Of a stretch of DNA of 41,732 bases, positions 16,519 through 24,509 are shown in pieces. Origin of the DNA: Acidothermaceae bacterium. GTDB lineage: Bacteria > Actinomycetota > Actinomycetes > Acidothermales > Acidothermaceae. The notes under the pieces were generated by a model. The model had not been told where the DNA came from and did not search any database. It saw only the letters and a list, made by a program, of their open reading frames with translations. The stretch is from positions 1 through 41,732 of the forward strand of contig DASRZB010000223.1 of NCBI GenBank assembly GCA_035653855.1, read 5' to 3'. The position numbers and the translations under genes are program-made. The stretch's first letter is position 1. Each line of letters opens with the position of its first letter.

Positions 16519-17225
16519 CGGGTGATCACGTTGCCAATCATCGCGTCGGCGTCGGCGCTGGCAAGCAGACTCAAAACGCGACCTACGCTGGCCGGATCGG
16601 TCAGGCCGCTCCGCGCACGCGCCGTGCTTTCCGCATCGGCGCCGTTGCTCAACGCCTCGTCATAAGATCCCTGAACCAGTGGCGTATCGACGGTGCCAGG
16701 CATGAAGTTGTGTACCCGAAAGCCGTGCGGGGTCAGGTGCGCGGCGAGTGTCATCGCGAGCCCGTTCACGCCGCCCTTGCTGGCTCCGTAGGGGATCGAC
16801 CCACTCGGCGCCGTCGTACCAGCACCCGATCCGACCAAGATGATCACCCCACCTCCATTTGGTGCCATCACGCGGACCGCCTCGCGCGCGACCAAGAACG
16901 AACCCGTGAGGTTGACCGACATCACGGACTGCCAAGACTCCAGGGTGATCTCGCGAATGTCGCGGTTTTGTTCTCGCGTGATCCCAGCGCAGTTGATCAC
17001 GACGTCTAGGCCATGCAGCGCCTCGAGGGCCGCTGCGAACGCGCTCGCCACGTCGGTTTCCGACGTGACGTCCATGACGATGCGAGCGACCGGCAGTTCC
17101 GAAAGCGAGGGATCGAACCGCACGTCTGCAGCGGCGACGTGAGCGCCGCCCTCGTTTAGGGCTCGGACCGCGGCGAGGCCGATTCCGCTACCGCCCCCGG
17201 TCACCAGTACGCGTCGTGATGTCAC
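16515..17225 (-). CDS. short-chain dehydrogenase/reductase (SDR)
   Basis: RRVLVTGGGSGIGLAA (TGxxxGIG), NCAGI, and YGASKGGV (YxxxK). Confidence 0.9.
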   Translation of the reverse strand: MTSRRVLVTGGGSGIGLAAVRALNEGGAHVAAADVRFDPSLSELPVARIVMDVTSETDVASAFAAALEALHGLDVVINCAGITREQNRDIREITLESWQSVMSVNLTGSFLVAREAVRVMAPNGGGVIILVGSGAGTTAPSGSIPYGASKGGVNGLAMTLAAHLTPHGFRVHNFMPGTVDTPLVQGSYDEALSNGADAESTARARSGLTDPASVGRVLSLLASADADAMIGNVITR

Positions 17226-17238
17226 GCGCGCCCTCCCA

Positions 17239-17275
17239 AATACGGTTCCATTACGGCTATATTACGAGGTACGAT
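17239..17275 (+). promoter_or_regulatory. operator-like element, degenerate copy B, with three 11-bp-phased TACGG/TACGA repeats
   Basis: GGTTCCATTACGGCTAT is identical at 14 of 18 ungapped positions to GGTCCTATAACGGCTAT of copy A. TACGG lies at 17241 and 17252, and TACGA at 17263. It sits in the divergent promoter gap between the SDR operon and the SelA-like operon. Confidence 0.4.
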
Positions 17276-17396
17276 TCCCCAGCAACAAGGGGCCCGCGCC
17301 GGACACCTCGGAAAATCCCGAACGCGCCCAGTCTCGACCGAGCAGCCTTGAGTTGCATAGCCAGACCCCGACCAACGCACTGAAGCGGAAGGGCTT

Positions 17397-18566
17397 ATGT
17401 CCTACGGCGAGCTAGGTCTACGCCCCGTGCTGAACGGCCTTGGTCCAGTGACGCGGCTTGGTGGGCTGCCGATGTCCGACACGGTTCTCGATGCGATGCG
17501 CTGGGCGGTCGCGACGAATGTGCGCATGGACGAACTGCAGGAGGCCGCCGGGATCGAGCTGGCACGGCTGCTCAATATCCCGGCGGCGCATGTCACGAGC
17601 GGGGCCTATGCCGGCCTCACATTGGCCGCAGCCGTCTGCGCAGTCGGGGGAGACTCGCGGGGAGTCGATGAGTTGCCGCTCGTCGGAGAACGATCTCGTG
17701 TTGTCATCCAGATGGCGCACCGCGACCCGTACGACCACGCGATCACCTCAGTGGGTTTGCGCCTGACCGAGATCGGCTATCCGTATTCGACGCGGTCACA
17801 CGAGCTTGCTCGCGAACTCGACGGCACTGTCGCGGCGGTCCTGCATCGCATCGGCGGGAACGGGGACATGCTGCCGCTGCGGATAGTTGCTGAGTTGAGC
17901 CATGCCGCCGGCGTTCCGGTGATCGTGGACGCTGCAGACTCGGTGCCGCCAGTGGCCCGCCTTCGTGCGTTGTATGACGACGGCGCGGACCTCATCGCGA
18001 TCTCCGGAGGCAAGGCTTTTCGCGGCCCACAGGCGTCCGGGATCCTGTGCGGGAAGGCCGACCTGATTCGCCACGTGGCTCTACATCACCTAGACATGGA
18101 CCTGCGCGACGCGACCTGGAACGCCTCGGACATCACGGGATACTGGCCGACCGGCGGCCGTGAAGGCATCGGTCGAGGAATGAAGGTTGGCCGCGAGCAA
18201 ATTGTCGGACTCCTCACTGCCGTCAAGGAGTTCGTGAGCGACCCTGGGCGGTGGGCGCAGCATTATCTGGCGGAACTCGCAGCGTGTGAGCGTGCGTTGG
18301 CAGCCAGCCGAGTGGTCCACGTATCGGCAGGTCACGATCACGTCATGAATGTGCCGACGCTCGTATTCGACTTCGCTGAGGCGTCGATGACTGCCGATGA
18401 CGTGTCGCGCCAACTCGATCGACGTACTCCGCGCGTCCAACTGAGCGAAGCAGAGGCATGGCGAAATCGGCTGATCCTCAATCCAATGGCACTGGCAACG
18501 GGCGACGGAGCCCAGATCGGCCAGCAAATCCTGGCTGTTCTCGAGGCGGGCCCGGATGACAAGTAG
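17397..18566 (+). CDS. SelA-like PLP-dependent enzyme (DgaE / D-glucosaminate-6-phosphate ammonia-lyase-like family)
   Basis: 389 aa. DLIAISGGKAFRGPQASGILCG matches the SelA/DgaE Lys-PLP motif S-G-x-K-x-x-x-G-P-Q. GGAAGGG RBS upstream of the ATG. Confidence 0.7.
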   Translation: MSYGELGLRPVLNGLGPVTRLGGLPMSDTVLDAMRWAVATNVRMDELQEAAGIELARLLNIPAAHVTSGAYAGLTLAAAVCAVGGDSRGVDELPLVGERSRVVIQMAHRDPYDHAITSVGLRLTEIGYPYSTRSHELARELDGTVAAVLHRIGGNGDMLPLRIVAELSHAAGVPVIVDAADSVPPVARLRALYDDGADLIAISGGKAFRGPQASGILCGKADLIRHVALHHLDMDLRDATWNASDITGYWPTGGREGIGRGMKVGREQIVGLLTAVKEFVSDPGRWAQHYLAELAACERALAASRVVHVSAGHDHVMNVPTLVFDFAEASMTADDVSRQLDRRTPRVQLSEAEAWRNRLILNPMALATGDGAQIGQQILAVLEAGPDDK

Positions 18567-20032
18567 TGGCGACGCACCCATCGCTGTTTAGCGGTCCGTA
18601 CCGGCTTGTCAGCTGGAGTGTCTGTGCGCTCGTCTCGCTTTACGCGTTCGAAGAGATGGGTGTGGTAGCGGCACTACCCACCGCAGTCGGCAAGCTCGGT
18701 GGACTCGCCTATTTCGGCTGGGTGTACACGGGCTTTCTCGCCGCGAGCGTGATCGGCATGGTGTATTCGGCACACGTCTGCGATCAGTACGGTCCTCGCG
18801 TTCCGGCGCTCGCGGCCTCGACGTTGTTTGTTGCTGGGCTGACTCTTGCGGGCACCGCTACTCAAATGGCGCCGCTGGTGGCGGGCCGGGTCATCCAGGG
18901 TGTCGCCGGCGGGGGACTGATGACCGCGGTCTACGTGATCATCGGCACGTTCGTTCCCGAGGCGATACGACCCAGGCTGTTCGCGGTTGTCTCGTTCTGC
19001 TGGGTGGTTCCTGGTGTCATCGGTCCAACCGCAGCGGGTGCGATTACCGAACACGTGGGTTGGCGCTGGGTCTTCCTTGGCTTGGTGCCGCTGACGATTG
19101 CCGCGGCGGCTCCGCTGGTGGTCGCTCTGCCATCTGCAGTCGGCGTTACAAGGCAAACGGACGTTGGTCGCAAGCCATGGCCGGCCCGTGTGGCGGCGCC
19201 TCGAATCTGGAGCGCCGTCGTTGCGGCCGCCGGTATCGCGGCGATCCAGGCCGGAGCCGAGCGCGCCACCGCATCTTCTGCTGCCGTTGTGGCCTGCGGT
19301 GCCGCAGCCGTGGTTTGGGCATTGCGAGGGCTTCTCCCGCGTGGAACCGTGTTGGCGCGCTCCGCAGTTGGGAGCCCGGTCGCACTCCGCGCGATCACGG
19401 CTGGCGCACTCTTCGGAGTCGAATCAGTCATTCCGCTGATGATGGCGACCCAACACGGGCTGGGGCCTCTCCAAGCGTCTATTCCCTTGGCCTGCGCGGG
19501 CCTACCGTGCGCGATCTCATCGTGGTGGGTCGGCCGACTTGGTGGTGAGGACGCAGTCGACAGGCGGACGTCCCTCGCACGACTTGGCTTCGGGCTGCTG
19601 TGCGTCGCCGATGCGTCATTCATCTGGCTCAGTCGACCGGCGACTCCGAGTTGGCTCATGAGCCCGGCGTGGGTGTTGGCCGGCTTCGGGATTGGCCTTG
19701 TGGTCCCGACCGCAAACGTGCTCGTACTTGCGCGGACGACGGACGCGAACCGCTCGGCGGACGCCTCCGCGCTGCAGATTGCAAGTACGACTGCCAGTTG
19801 CGTCACGACCGGCTTCGCTGGCGTACTCGTCGGATCCGCCAGCCGTGGTTCGCTCGGATACACGACGGCCTTCGGCATCATCGGTGTCTCGATGGCGGCC
19901 GTCGCATTGCTCGGCGTCCTGGCAGCAGGTCGACTGAGGCTTGACGTGTCACGCTCAGGAAACAATTATGTCCGTAGTGAGACCGAAATCCAGTCTGCAA
20001 CAGGAGCTGTGAATGCCCGCGACGACCGGTGA
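18566..20032 (+). CDS. MFS transporter
   Basis: 488-aa hydrophobic multi-TM protein. The GTG start overlaps the upstream stop. Contains an MFS-like loop (GRVIQGVAGGGLM). Confidence 0.8.
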   Translation: MATHPSLFSGPYRLVSWSVCALVSLYAFEEMGVVAALPTAVGKLGGLAYFGWVYTGFLAASVIGMVYSAHVCDQYGPRVPALAASTLFVAGLTLAGTATQMAPLVAGRVIQGVAGGGLMTAVYVIIGTFVPEAIRPRLFAVVSFCWVVPGVIGPTAAGAITEHVGWRWVFLGLVPLTIAAAAPLVVALPSAVGVTRQTDVGRKPWPARVAAPRIWSAVVAAAGIAAIQAGAERATASSAAVVACGAAAVVWALRGLLPRGTVLARSAVGSPVALRAITAGALFGVESVIPLMMATQHGLGPLQASIPLACAGLPCAISSWWVGRLGGEDAVDRRTSLARLGFGLLCVADASFIWLSRPATPSWLMSPAWVLAGFGIGLVVPTANVLVLARTTDANRSADASALQIASTTASCVTTGFAGVLVGSASRGSLGYTTAFGIIGVSMAAVALLGVLAAGRLRLDVSRSGNNYVRSETEIQSATGAVNARDDR

Positions 20033-20933
20033 CGCGAACAGGTGGTCCCGCCCGTTCGCTTTGGGAATGGCGAACGGGGACGTTCCCAGCGACCCAACAG
20101 GCTTCTCCGTCGGACTTGCGAGGTCGTGGCGTACGCGGGGGCTCGCTCGCGTGGCGGTCGGCTTCTCACGACCTGCGGCCGAAATCAGCGTTGAACTCAT
20201 GCGCGACGTCCGCGCGATGCTCAGCGACGAGGGTATCCGCGTGTCCGAATTCGCTGGCGTCAACGCGAACTTGGTTCACGCGGACCCAGCCGTGCGGGAG
20301 CAGGCGGTCGAACGGGTCCGGGCCGCGGTCGGCCCAGCTTCGGCGGTCGGTGCGGCGTGCATGAACTCCGGGCCCGGGAGCTGCAGCGATTCTTGGCGCA
20401 CGTCGTTCTACCGACCCGATGCTGAAAATTTCACACCACAGGCTGAAGATCGCGCAGTCGATACGCTTACTCGCATCGCGCGGGTGATCGACGACACCGA
20501 CCTGATCTACACAGTCGAATGTCACCAGCTCACGACGATGCGTTCGGCCGCGATCATCCGCAGGGTGCTTGATCGCGTCGACCATCCCCGTATCCGCGCG
20601 AACTTCGACCCGATCAACTTGCTCGACACCGCGTACGCAGCGTTCACCAATGCCGAGCGCATTGGTGAAATCGTCGACACGGTGGGGCCGCGATATGCCC
20701 ACACCTGCCACGTCAAAGATGTGGTTGTGACCGACGAAATGCCCTTCGAGAGTCACGAGGCCCCTCCGGGCCAAGGGTTGGTCCGGATCGAGACGATCTT
20801 TGCCGCGGCGCAGCGGTTGCCGGGCGAGCAGCCCGTTGACCTGATCGTCGAGCACTTAGACCCAGAGAACGCCGAGGCCTCGGTGGAGCTCGTCCGCCAG
20901 CGCGCCGTCGAGGCAGGCATCACCCTCGTCTAA
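20013..20933 (+). CDS. sugar-phosphate isomerase/epimerase (xylose-isomerase-like TIM barrel)
   Basis: The pattern ...VECHQ...RANFDPINLL...HVKD...EHL... fits the AP-endonuclease-2/xylose-isomerase-like barrel. The start is uncertain (20013 or ATG 20067). Confidence 0.65.
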   Translation: MPATTGDANRWSRPFALGMANGDVPSDPTGFSVGLARSWRTRGLARVAVGFSRPAAEISVELMRDVRAMLSDEGIRVSEFAGVNANLVHADPAVREQAVERVRAAVGPASAVGAACMNSGPGSCSDSWRTSFYRPDAENFTPQAEDRAVDTLTRIARVIDDTDLIYTVECHQLTTMRSAAIIRRVLDRVDHPRIRANFDPINLLDTAYAAFTNAERIGEIVDTVGPRYAHTCHVKDVVVTDEMPFESHEAPPGQGLVRIETIFAAAQRLPGEQPVDLIVEHLDPENAEASVELVRQRAVEAGITLV

Positions 20934-20987
20934 CTTGTGCCCCTGCCTGCCGCGCATGAGGGACGGTGGCTTAAAGGACTGTGGTGG

Positions 20988-21272
20988 TTAAAGCCCTGTG
21001 GTGCTCAAGGGATGGGTTGCCAGCGCCTGCACCGTGATGTCCATCCATGGCCATGCCGGCAGCGAAGTGAGTGAACGATGCAGATCGTCGGCGTCCTCGC
21101 ACGACCAGATGGCGATGTTCGCCTGTCGGCCGGGCACCCGCCAGATGTGCACGAGCCTTCCGGTACCCACCAGGTGGATGCCAGCTTGCTCCTCGCGCTC
21201 GTCGAGGTCCGCGCGTTCGGCTGCGGTCATCGTGCTCGGGAGCCGGGTCTCGGCGTGGATGAGGTAGTACAT
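20988..21272 (-). CDS. muconolactone delta-isomerase-like small protein (94 aa)
   Basis: Only the C-terminal 94 aa of track ORF 20988..22247 look real. MYYLIHAETRLPSTMTAAERADLDEREEQAGIHLVGTGRLVHIWRVPGRQANIAIWSCEDADDLHRSLTSLPAWPWMDITVQALATHPL follows the CatC-type pattern (...W R . . G . . A N . . . . D . . . . . . L . . L P . . P . M D I . V . . L . . H P). Confidence 0.7.
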   Translation of the reverse strand: MYYLIHAETRLPSTMTAAERADLDEREEQAGIHLVGTGRLVHIWRVPGRQANIAIWSCEDADDLHRSLTSLPAWPWMDITVQALATHPLSTTGL

Positions 21273-21311
21273 GGTGTCTCCGGGCGCAGGGGGGCTATTG
21301 GCCGCGCACCA

Positions 21312-21347
21312 CTCTAGCGGTTTAGGTCTTATAACGGCTATTCTCCC
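21312..21347 (+). promoter_or_regulatory. 36-bp conserved operator-like element, copy C
   Basis: CTCTAGCGGTTTAGGTCTTATAACGGCTATTCTCCC is 33/36 identical to copy A. It lies in the 78-bp divergent gap between the muconolactone-isomerase-like gene and the M20D operon. The TATTCT hexamer ends 7 nt before GTG 21351. Confidence 0.6.
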
Positions 21348-21350
21348 CTG

Positions 21351-22544
21351 GTGCAGAACGTATCTGGGTCGGCGTCGGCGGTGGATCTGTCGTTGGTGGC
21401 GTTTCGACGTGACTTGCATGCCCATCCTGAGTTGCGTTTCGAGGAGGTGTGGACGGCGCAGCGTATCGCCGCCGAGATTGAGTCGGATGTCGATGAACTT
21501 GTCACCGGAATTGGTGGGACCGGTGTGCTTGCGCGGGTGGATGGAGTTGAGTCCGGTGGTCGGGTTCTTGTGCGCGCGGACATTGACGCCTATCCAGTTC
21601 CTGATTTGAAGGAGGTTGGTTATCGGTCGCAGAACGTGGGCGTCACGCATGCGTGTGGGCATGACGTGCATGCGGCGGTCGGTGTCGGGGTTTTGCGTCG
21701 GTTCGCCCGGGAGCGTCCAAAGCGCGGAAGTGTCTCGGTGATATTCCAACCGGCTGAGGAGATTCCGTTTGGGTGTCCGAGTGGAGCCGCTACTGTTCTG
21801 GAGCATCCAGCTGTGGCTGGTCTGCGCCCGGACGCAGTGCTGGGATTGCATTGTTGGCCGCAGTTGGAGGCCGGGCAGATCGGGATCGACCCGAGCATCG
21901 CCATGGCGGCCAAGGACGCATTCGAGATCGTTGTGAGCGGCACGTCGGCCCATGCTGCGACTCCCGCGCAGGGCCGTGACGCGATTCTTGCCGCTGCGTT
22001 CTTTGTCACGGCTGTCCACGCTGCGGTTGCGCGTCGGCGTGATCCAAGTGAACTGGTGGCTTTGAACGTCGGGACGATTTCGGGGGGGTTTTCCCAAAGT
22101 GTGTTGGCCAGTGAGGTACGCCTGACGGGCACCCTGCGGACCCGAGACGAAGAGCTGCGTCGACGCTTGCGGACCGTGATCGGCGCAGTGGCCGACGGGG
22201 TGGGCGTTCAGTTCGACACGACACTCCAGCTGCGTTGGGCAGATCAAATGCCCGCGGTGCGAAATGATGGTGCGCTGGTCGCACTGGCCCGGGGCACTCT
22301 TGCACGTGTTGCAGATGTCGTGACGTTAGAGGTGGGCTCGATGACCTCCGACGATTTCGCGCTGTACTCGGCGCTGGGGCCGACGCTGTATCTCAAGCTC
22401 GGCGTCGCGTCACCTGGACGCGGTCCGGCGGCCCCGCTGCATTCAGGTCAGTTCGATGTGGACGAGAGTTGCATCCACGTCGGCGTGACCGCGCTCGCCA
22501 CACTGTGTCTAGACGTTCTCGCCCGCTCGACAGGAGGCTCCTGA
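21351..22544 (+). CDS. M20D-family amidohydrolase (hippurate hydrolase / N-acyl-amino-acid amidohydrolase-like)
   Basis: FRRDLHAHPELRFEE...HACGHDVH...IFQPAEE is the canonical M20D pattern. The start is either GTG 21351 (possibly leaderless) or GTG 21381. Confidence 0.85.
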   Translation: MQNVSGSASAVDLSLVAFRRDLHAHPELRFEEVWTAQRIAAEIESDVDELVTGIGGTGVLARVDGVESGGRVLVRADIDAYPVPDLKEVGYRSQNVGVTHACGHDVHAAVGVGVLRRFARERPKRGSVSVIFQPAEEIPFGCPSGAATVLEHPAVAGLRPDAVLGLHCWPQLEAGQIGIDPSIAMAAKDAFEIVVSGTSAHAATPAQGRDAILAAAFFVTAVHAAVARRRDPSELVALNVGTISGGFSQSVLASEVRLTGTLRTRDEELRRRLRTVIGAVADGVGVQFDTTLQLRWADQMPAVRNDGALVALARGTLARVADVVTLEVGSMTSDDFALYSALGPTLYLKLGVASPGRGPAAPLHSGQFDVDESCIHVGVTALATLCLDVLARSTGGS

Positions 22545-22549
22545 ACCTG

Positions 22550-23485
22550 ATGGACACCTTCGACTGCTATCGGCAGATGCGCAGAATCCGTCGCCTTGAG
22601 GAAACACTTGTCGACCTCAAGAACGCCGGAGAAATCCTGGGCTCCGTGCACCCCTGCAACGGGCAGGAAGCGGTACCAGTCGGGGCCGCCACAGCCTTGC
22701 GCTCCGACGACTACATCACTGCCACCTACCGGGGGCATGGGTGGGCTGTCGTCGCCGGGATCGCGTTAGTCGACATCTTTGCGGAGGTGCTGGGTCGCGC
22801 CTCCAACCTCAACGGTGGCCGGGGCGCTTCCCCGTATTTCAGCAGTCCCGGTGTCAACTTCATCGGCGAAAACTCGATTGTCGGAGCGGGATTGCCGATT
22901 GCGTGCGGCGCAGCACTCAGCGCCATGCGCGACGGACGCGCGCAGGTCAGCTTGGTGTCCATTGGCGACGGGGCGACCAACCAAGGCGCCGTACATGAGG
23001 CTTTGAATCTCGCCGCGGTCATGACACTGCCGCTCGTGGTCGTGGTGGAGAACAACGTGTACTCGGAGATGTCTCCTATCGCGGAGATGACGAGAGTGGT
23101 CCAGCTGGCCGAACGAGGCGCTGCGTACGGTATTCCGGCGACAATCGTCGACGGAAACGACGCGGCTGAAGTCGCCGCCGCGGTGGACGCGGCGGTGGCT
23201 CGTGCACGCGGTGGGGGCGGACCGACCATGGTCGAGGCGATGACGCAACGATACGTCGGGCACCACAGTGGCGACGTTCAGCACTATCGGCCGACCGGCG
23301 AGGTGGAGCGGGCGCGGGCGGACGAGCCGTTGGCCAGGCTGCGGGCCGCGGCGGACGATGACACCCTCGTGAAGTACAGCGCCGTCGACATCGAGGTTGA
23401 CGCCGAGATAGACAACGCTCTGACAGTCGCTCGCACGATCCCGGAACCCGACCCTGGCACAGTGTTGGAACACATCTATGTCTGA
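22550..23485 (+). CDS. TPP-dependent 2-oxoacid/acetoin-type dehydrogenase E1 component, alpha subunit
   Basis: ATG 22550 has AGGAGG 12 nt upstream. YRQMRRIRRLEE..., and SIGDGATNQGAVHEALNLAAVMTLPLVVVVENN (the GDG...NN TPP-binding motif). Confidence 0.85.
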   Translation: MDTFDCYRQMRRIRRLEETLVDLKNAGEILGSVHPCNGQEAVPVGAATALRSDDYITATYRGHGWAVVAGIALVDIFAEVLGRASNLNGGRGASPYFSSPGVNFIGENSIVGAGLPIACGAALSAMRDGRAQVSLVSIGDGATNQGAVHEALNLAAVMTLPLVVVVENNVYSEMSPIAEMTRVVQLAERGAAYGIPATIVDGNDAAEVAAAVDAAVARARGGGGPTMVEAMTQRYVGHHSGDVQHYRPTGEVERARADEPLARLRAAADDDTLVKYSAVDIEVDAEIDNALTVARTIPEPDPGTVLEHIYV

Positions 23486-24479
23486 GCCTTCGGGTTCGCC
23501 CGCGACCTCGCTCCGCTACATCCAGGCCGTCCAAGCGGCGCTGCGATGGGCGCTAGAGTCTCGAGACGATACGGTGATCTTCGGAGAGGATGTCGCGAAG
23601 CCAGGTGGGGTCTTCGGCGCGACGAAGGGTCTCTACGAGACTTTCGGCGACAAGCGCATCTTCGACACGCCGATTTCCGAAACGGCCATGCTGGGCATGG
23701 CATTAGGCACAGCGATGACTGGCGGTCGTCCGATTGTCGAAATCATGTACGCGGACTTCATGTTCGTTGCGATGGACCAACTTGTGAACCAAATCGCGAA
23801 CACAAGGTACGTCTCCGAGGGACGCTGGACTGCGCCACTTGTCGTTCGCACCCAACAGGGTTACTCGCCGGGGGCGTGCGCCCAGCACTCGCATTCCATC
23901 GAGGCTTACCTTGCGCACACCCCTGGGCTGCGAGTCGCGGCACCTTCGACCGCAGGCGACGCGTACCAGATGCTCAGGACAGCCATAATCGTCGACGATC
24001 CAGTTGTTGTGGTGGAGGCACGCATGCTCTACCCGACACGAGGCGATGTTCTGCTCGACTCGGAGGTCGAAGAGATGGGCGGCGCTAGGATCCTCAAGGC
24101 CGGCCGCGACGTCACCATAGTCTCGTGGTCGAGCGCCGTTCCTACTTGTCTCGCAGCTGCCGATCAGCTCGCGCGCGAGGGTGTCGATGCGGAGGTAGTC
24201 GACATGAGGTGGCTTAACCCGCTCGACCACAGCACGGTGTCCGAGTCGATTGCCAAGACGCGGCGCGGGGTTGTGGTCCATGAGGCGAACCTGACTGCTG
24301 GTCTGGGTGCCGAGGTGGTGGCGCGTGCTACGGAATCCCTCTTCGGGGTTCTCCAGGCACCGATACTTCGGGTCGCGGCTCCCGACGTCCCGATGCCCGC
24401 AGCTCCTAGTCTCCAGGCCGCGGTGGTCCCGAATGTCGACCGCGTGGTGTCGGCAGTACACGCCACGCTTGGCTATTAG
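23478..24479 (+). CDS. TPP-dependent dehydrogenase E1 component, beta subunit (transketolase-like)
   Basis: VIFGEDVAKPGGVFGATKGLYETFGDKRIFDTPISE...IVEIMYADF...GYSPGACAQHSHS is the typical E1-beta pattern. Its start overlaps the alpha-subunit stop. Confidence 0.9.
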   Translation: MSEPSGSPATSLRYIQAVQAALRWALESRDDTVIFGEDVAKPGGVFGATKGLYETFGDKRIFDTPISETAMLGMALGTAMTGGRPIVEIMYADFMFVAMDQLVNQIANTRYVSEGRWTAPLVVRTQQGYSPGACAQHSHSIEAYLAHTPGLRVAAPSTAGDAYQMLRTAIIVDDPVVVVEARMLYPTRGDVLLDSEVEEMGGARILKAGRDVTIVSWSSAVPTCLAAADQLAREGVDAEVVDMRWLNPLDHSTVSESIAKTRRGVVVHEANLTAGLGAEVVARATESLFGVLQAPILRVAAPDVPMPAAPSLQAAVVPNVDRVVSAVHATLGY

Positions 24480-24509
24480 AGCCTCCAAACCCAAGCGGAG
24501 CGTGCCAAC

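Noticed and set aside
18931-19965. 344-aa minus-strand ORF
   Set aside because: It is antisense to the MFS transporter gene. Ala/Pro/Thr/Ser-rich shadow ORF.
21273-22247. Upstream 325 aa of the 419-aa minus-strand track ORF 20988..22247
   Set aside because: It is antisense to the well-supported M20D amidohydrolase gene. The sequence is Arg/Pro/Thr-rich and low in information, and has no family features. Only the last 94 aa (the muconolactone-isomerase-like part, from ATG 21272) look real.
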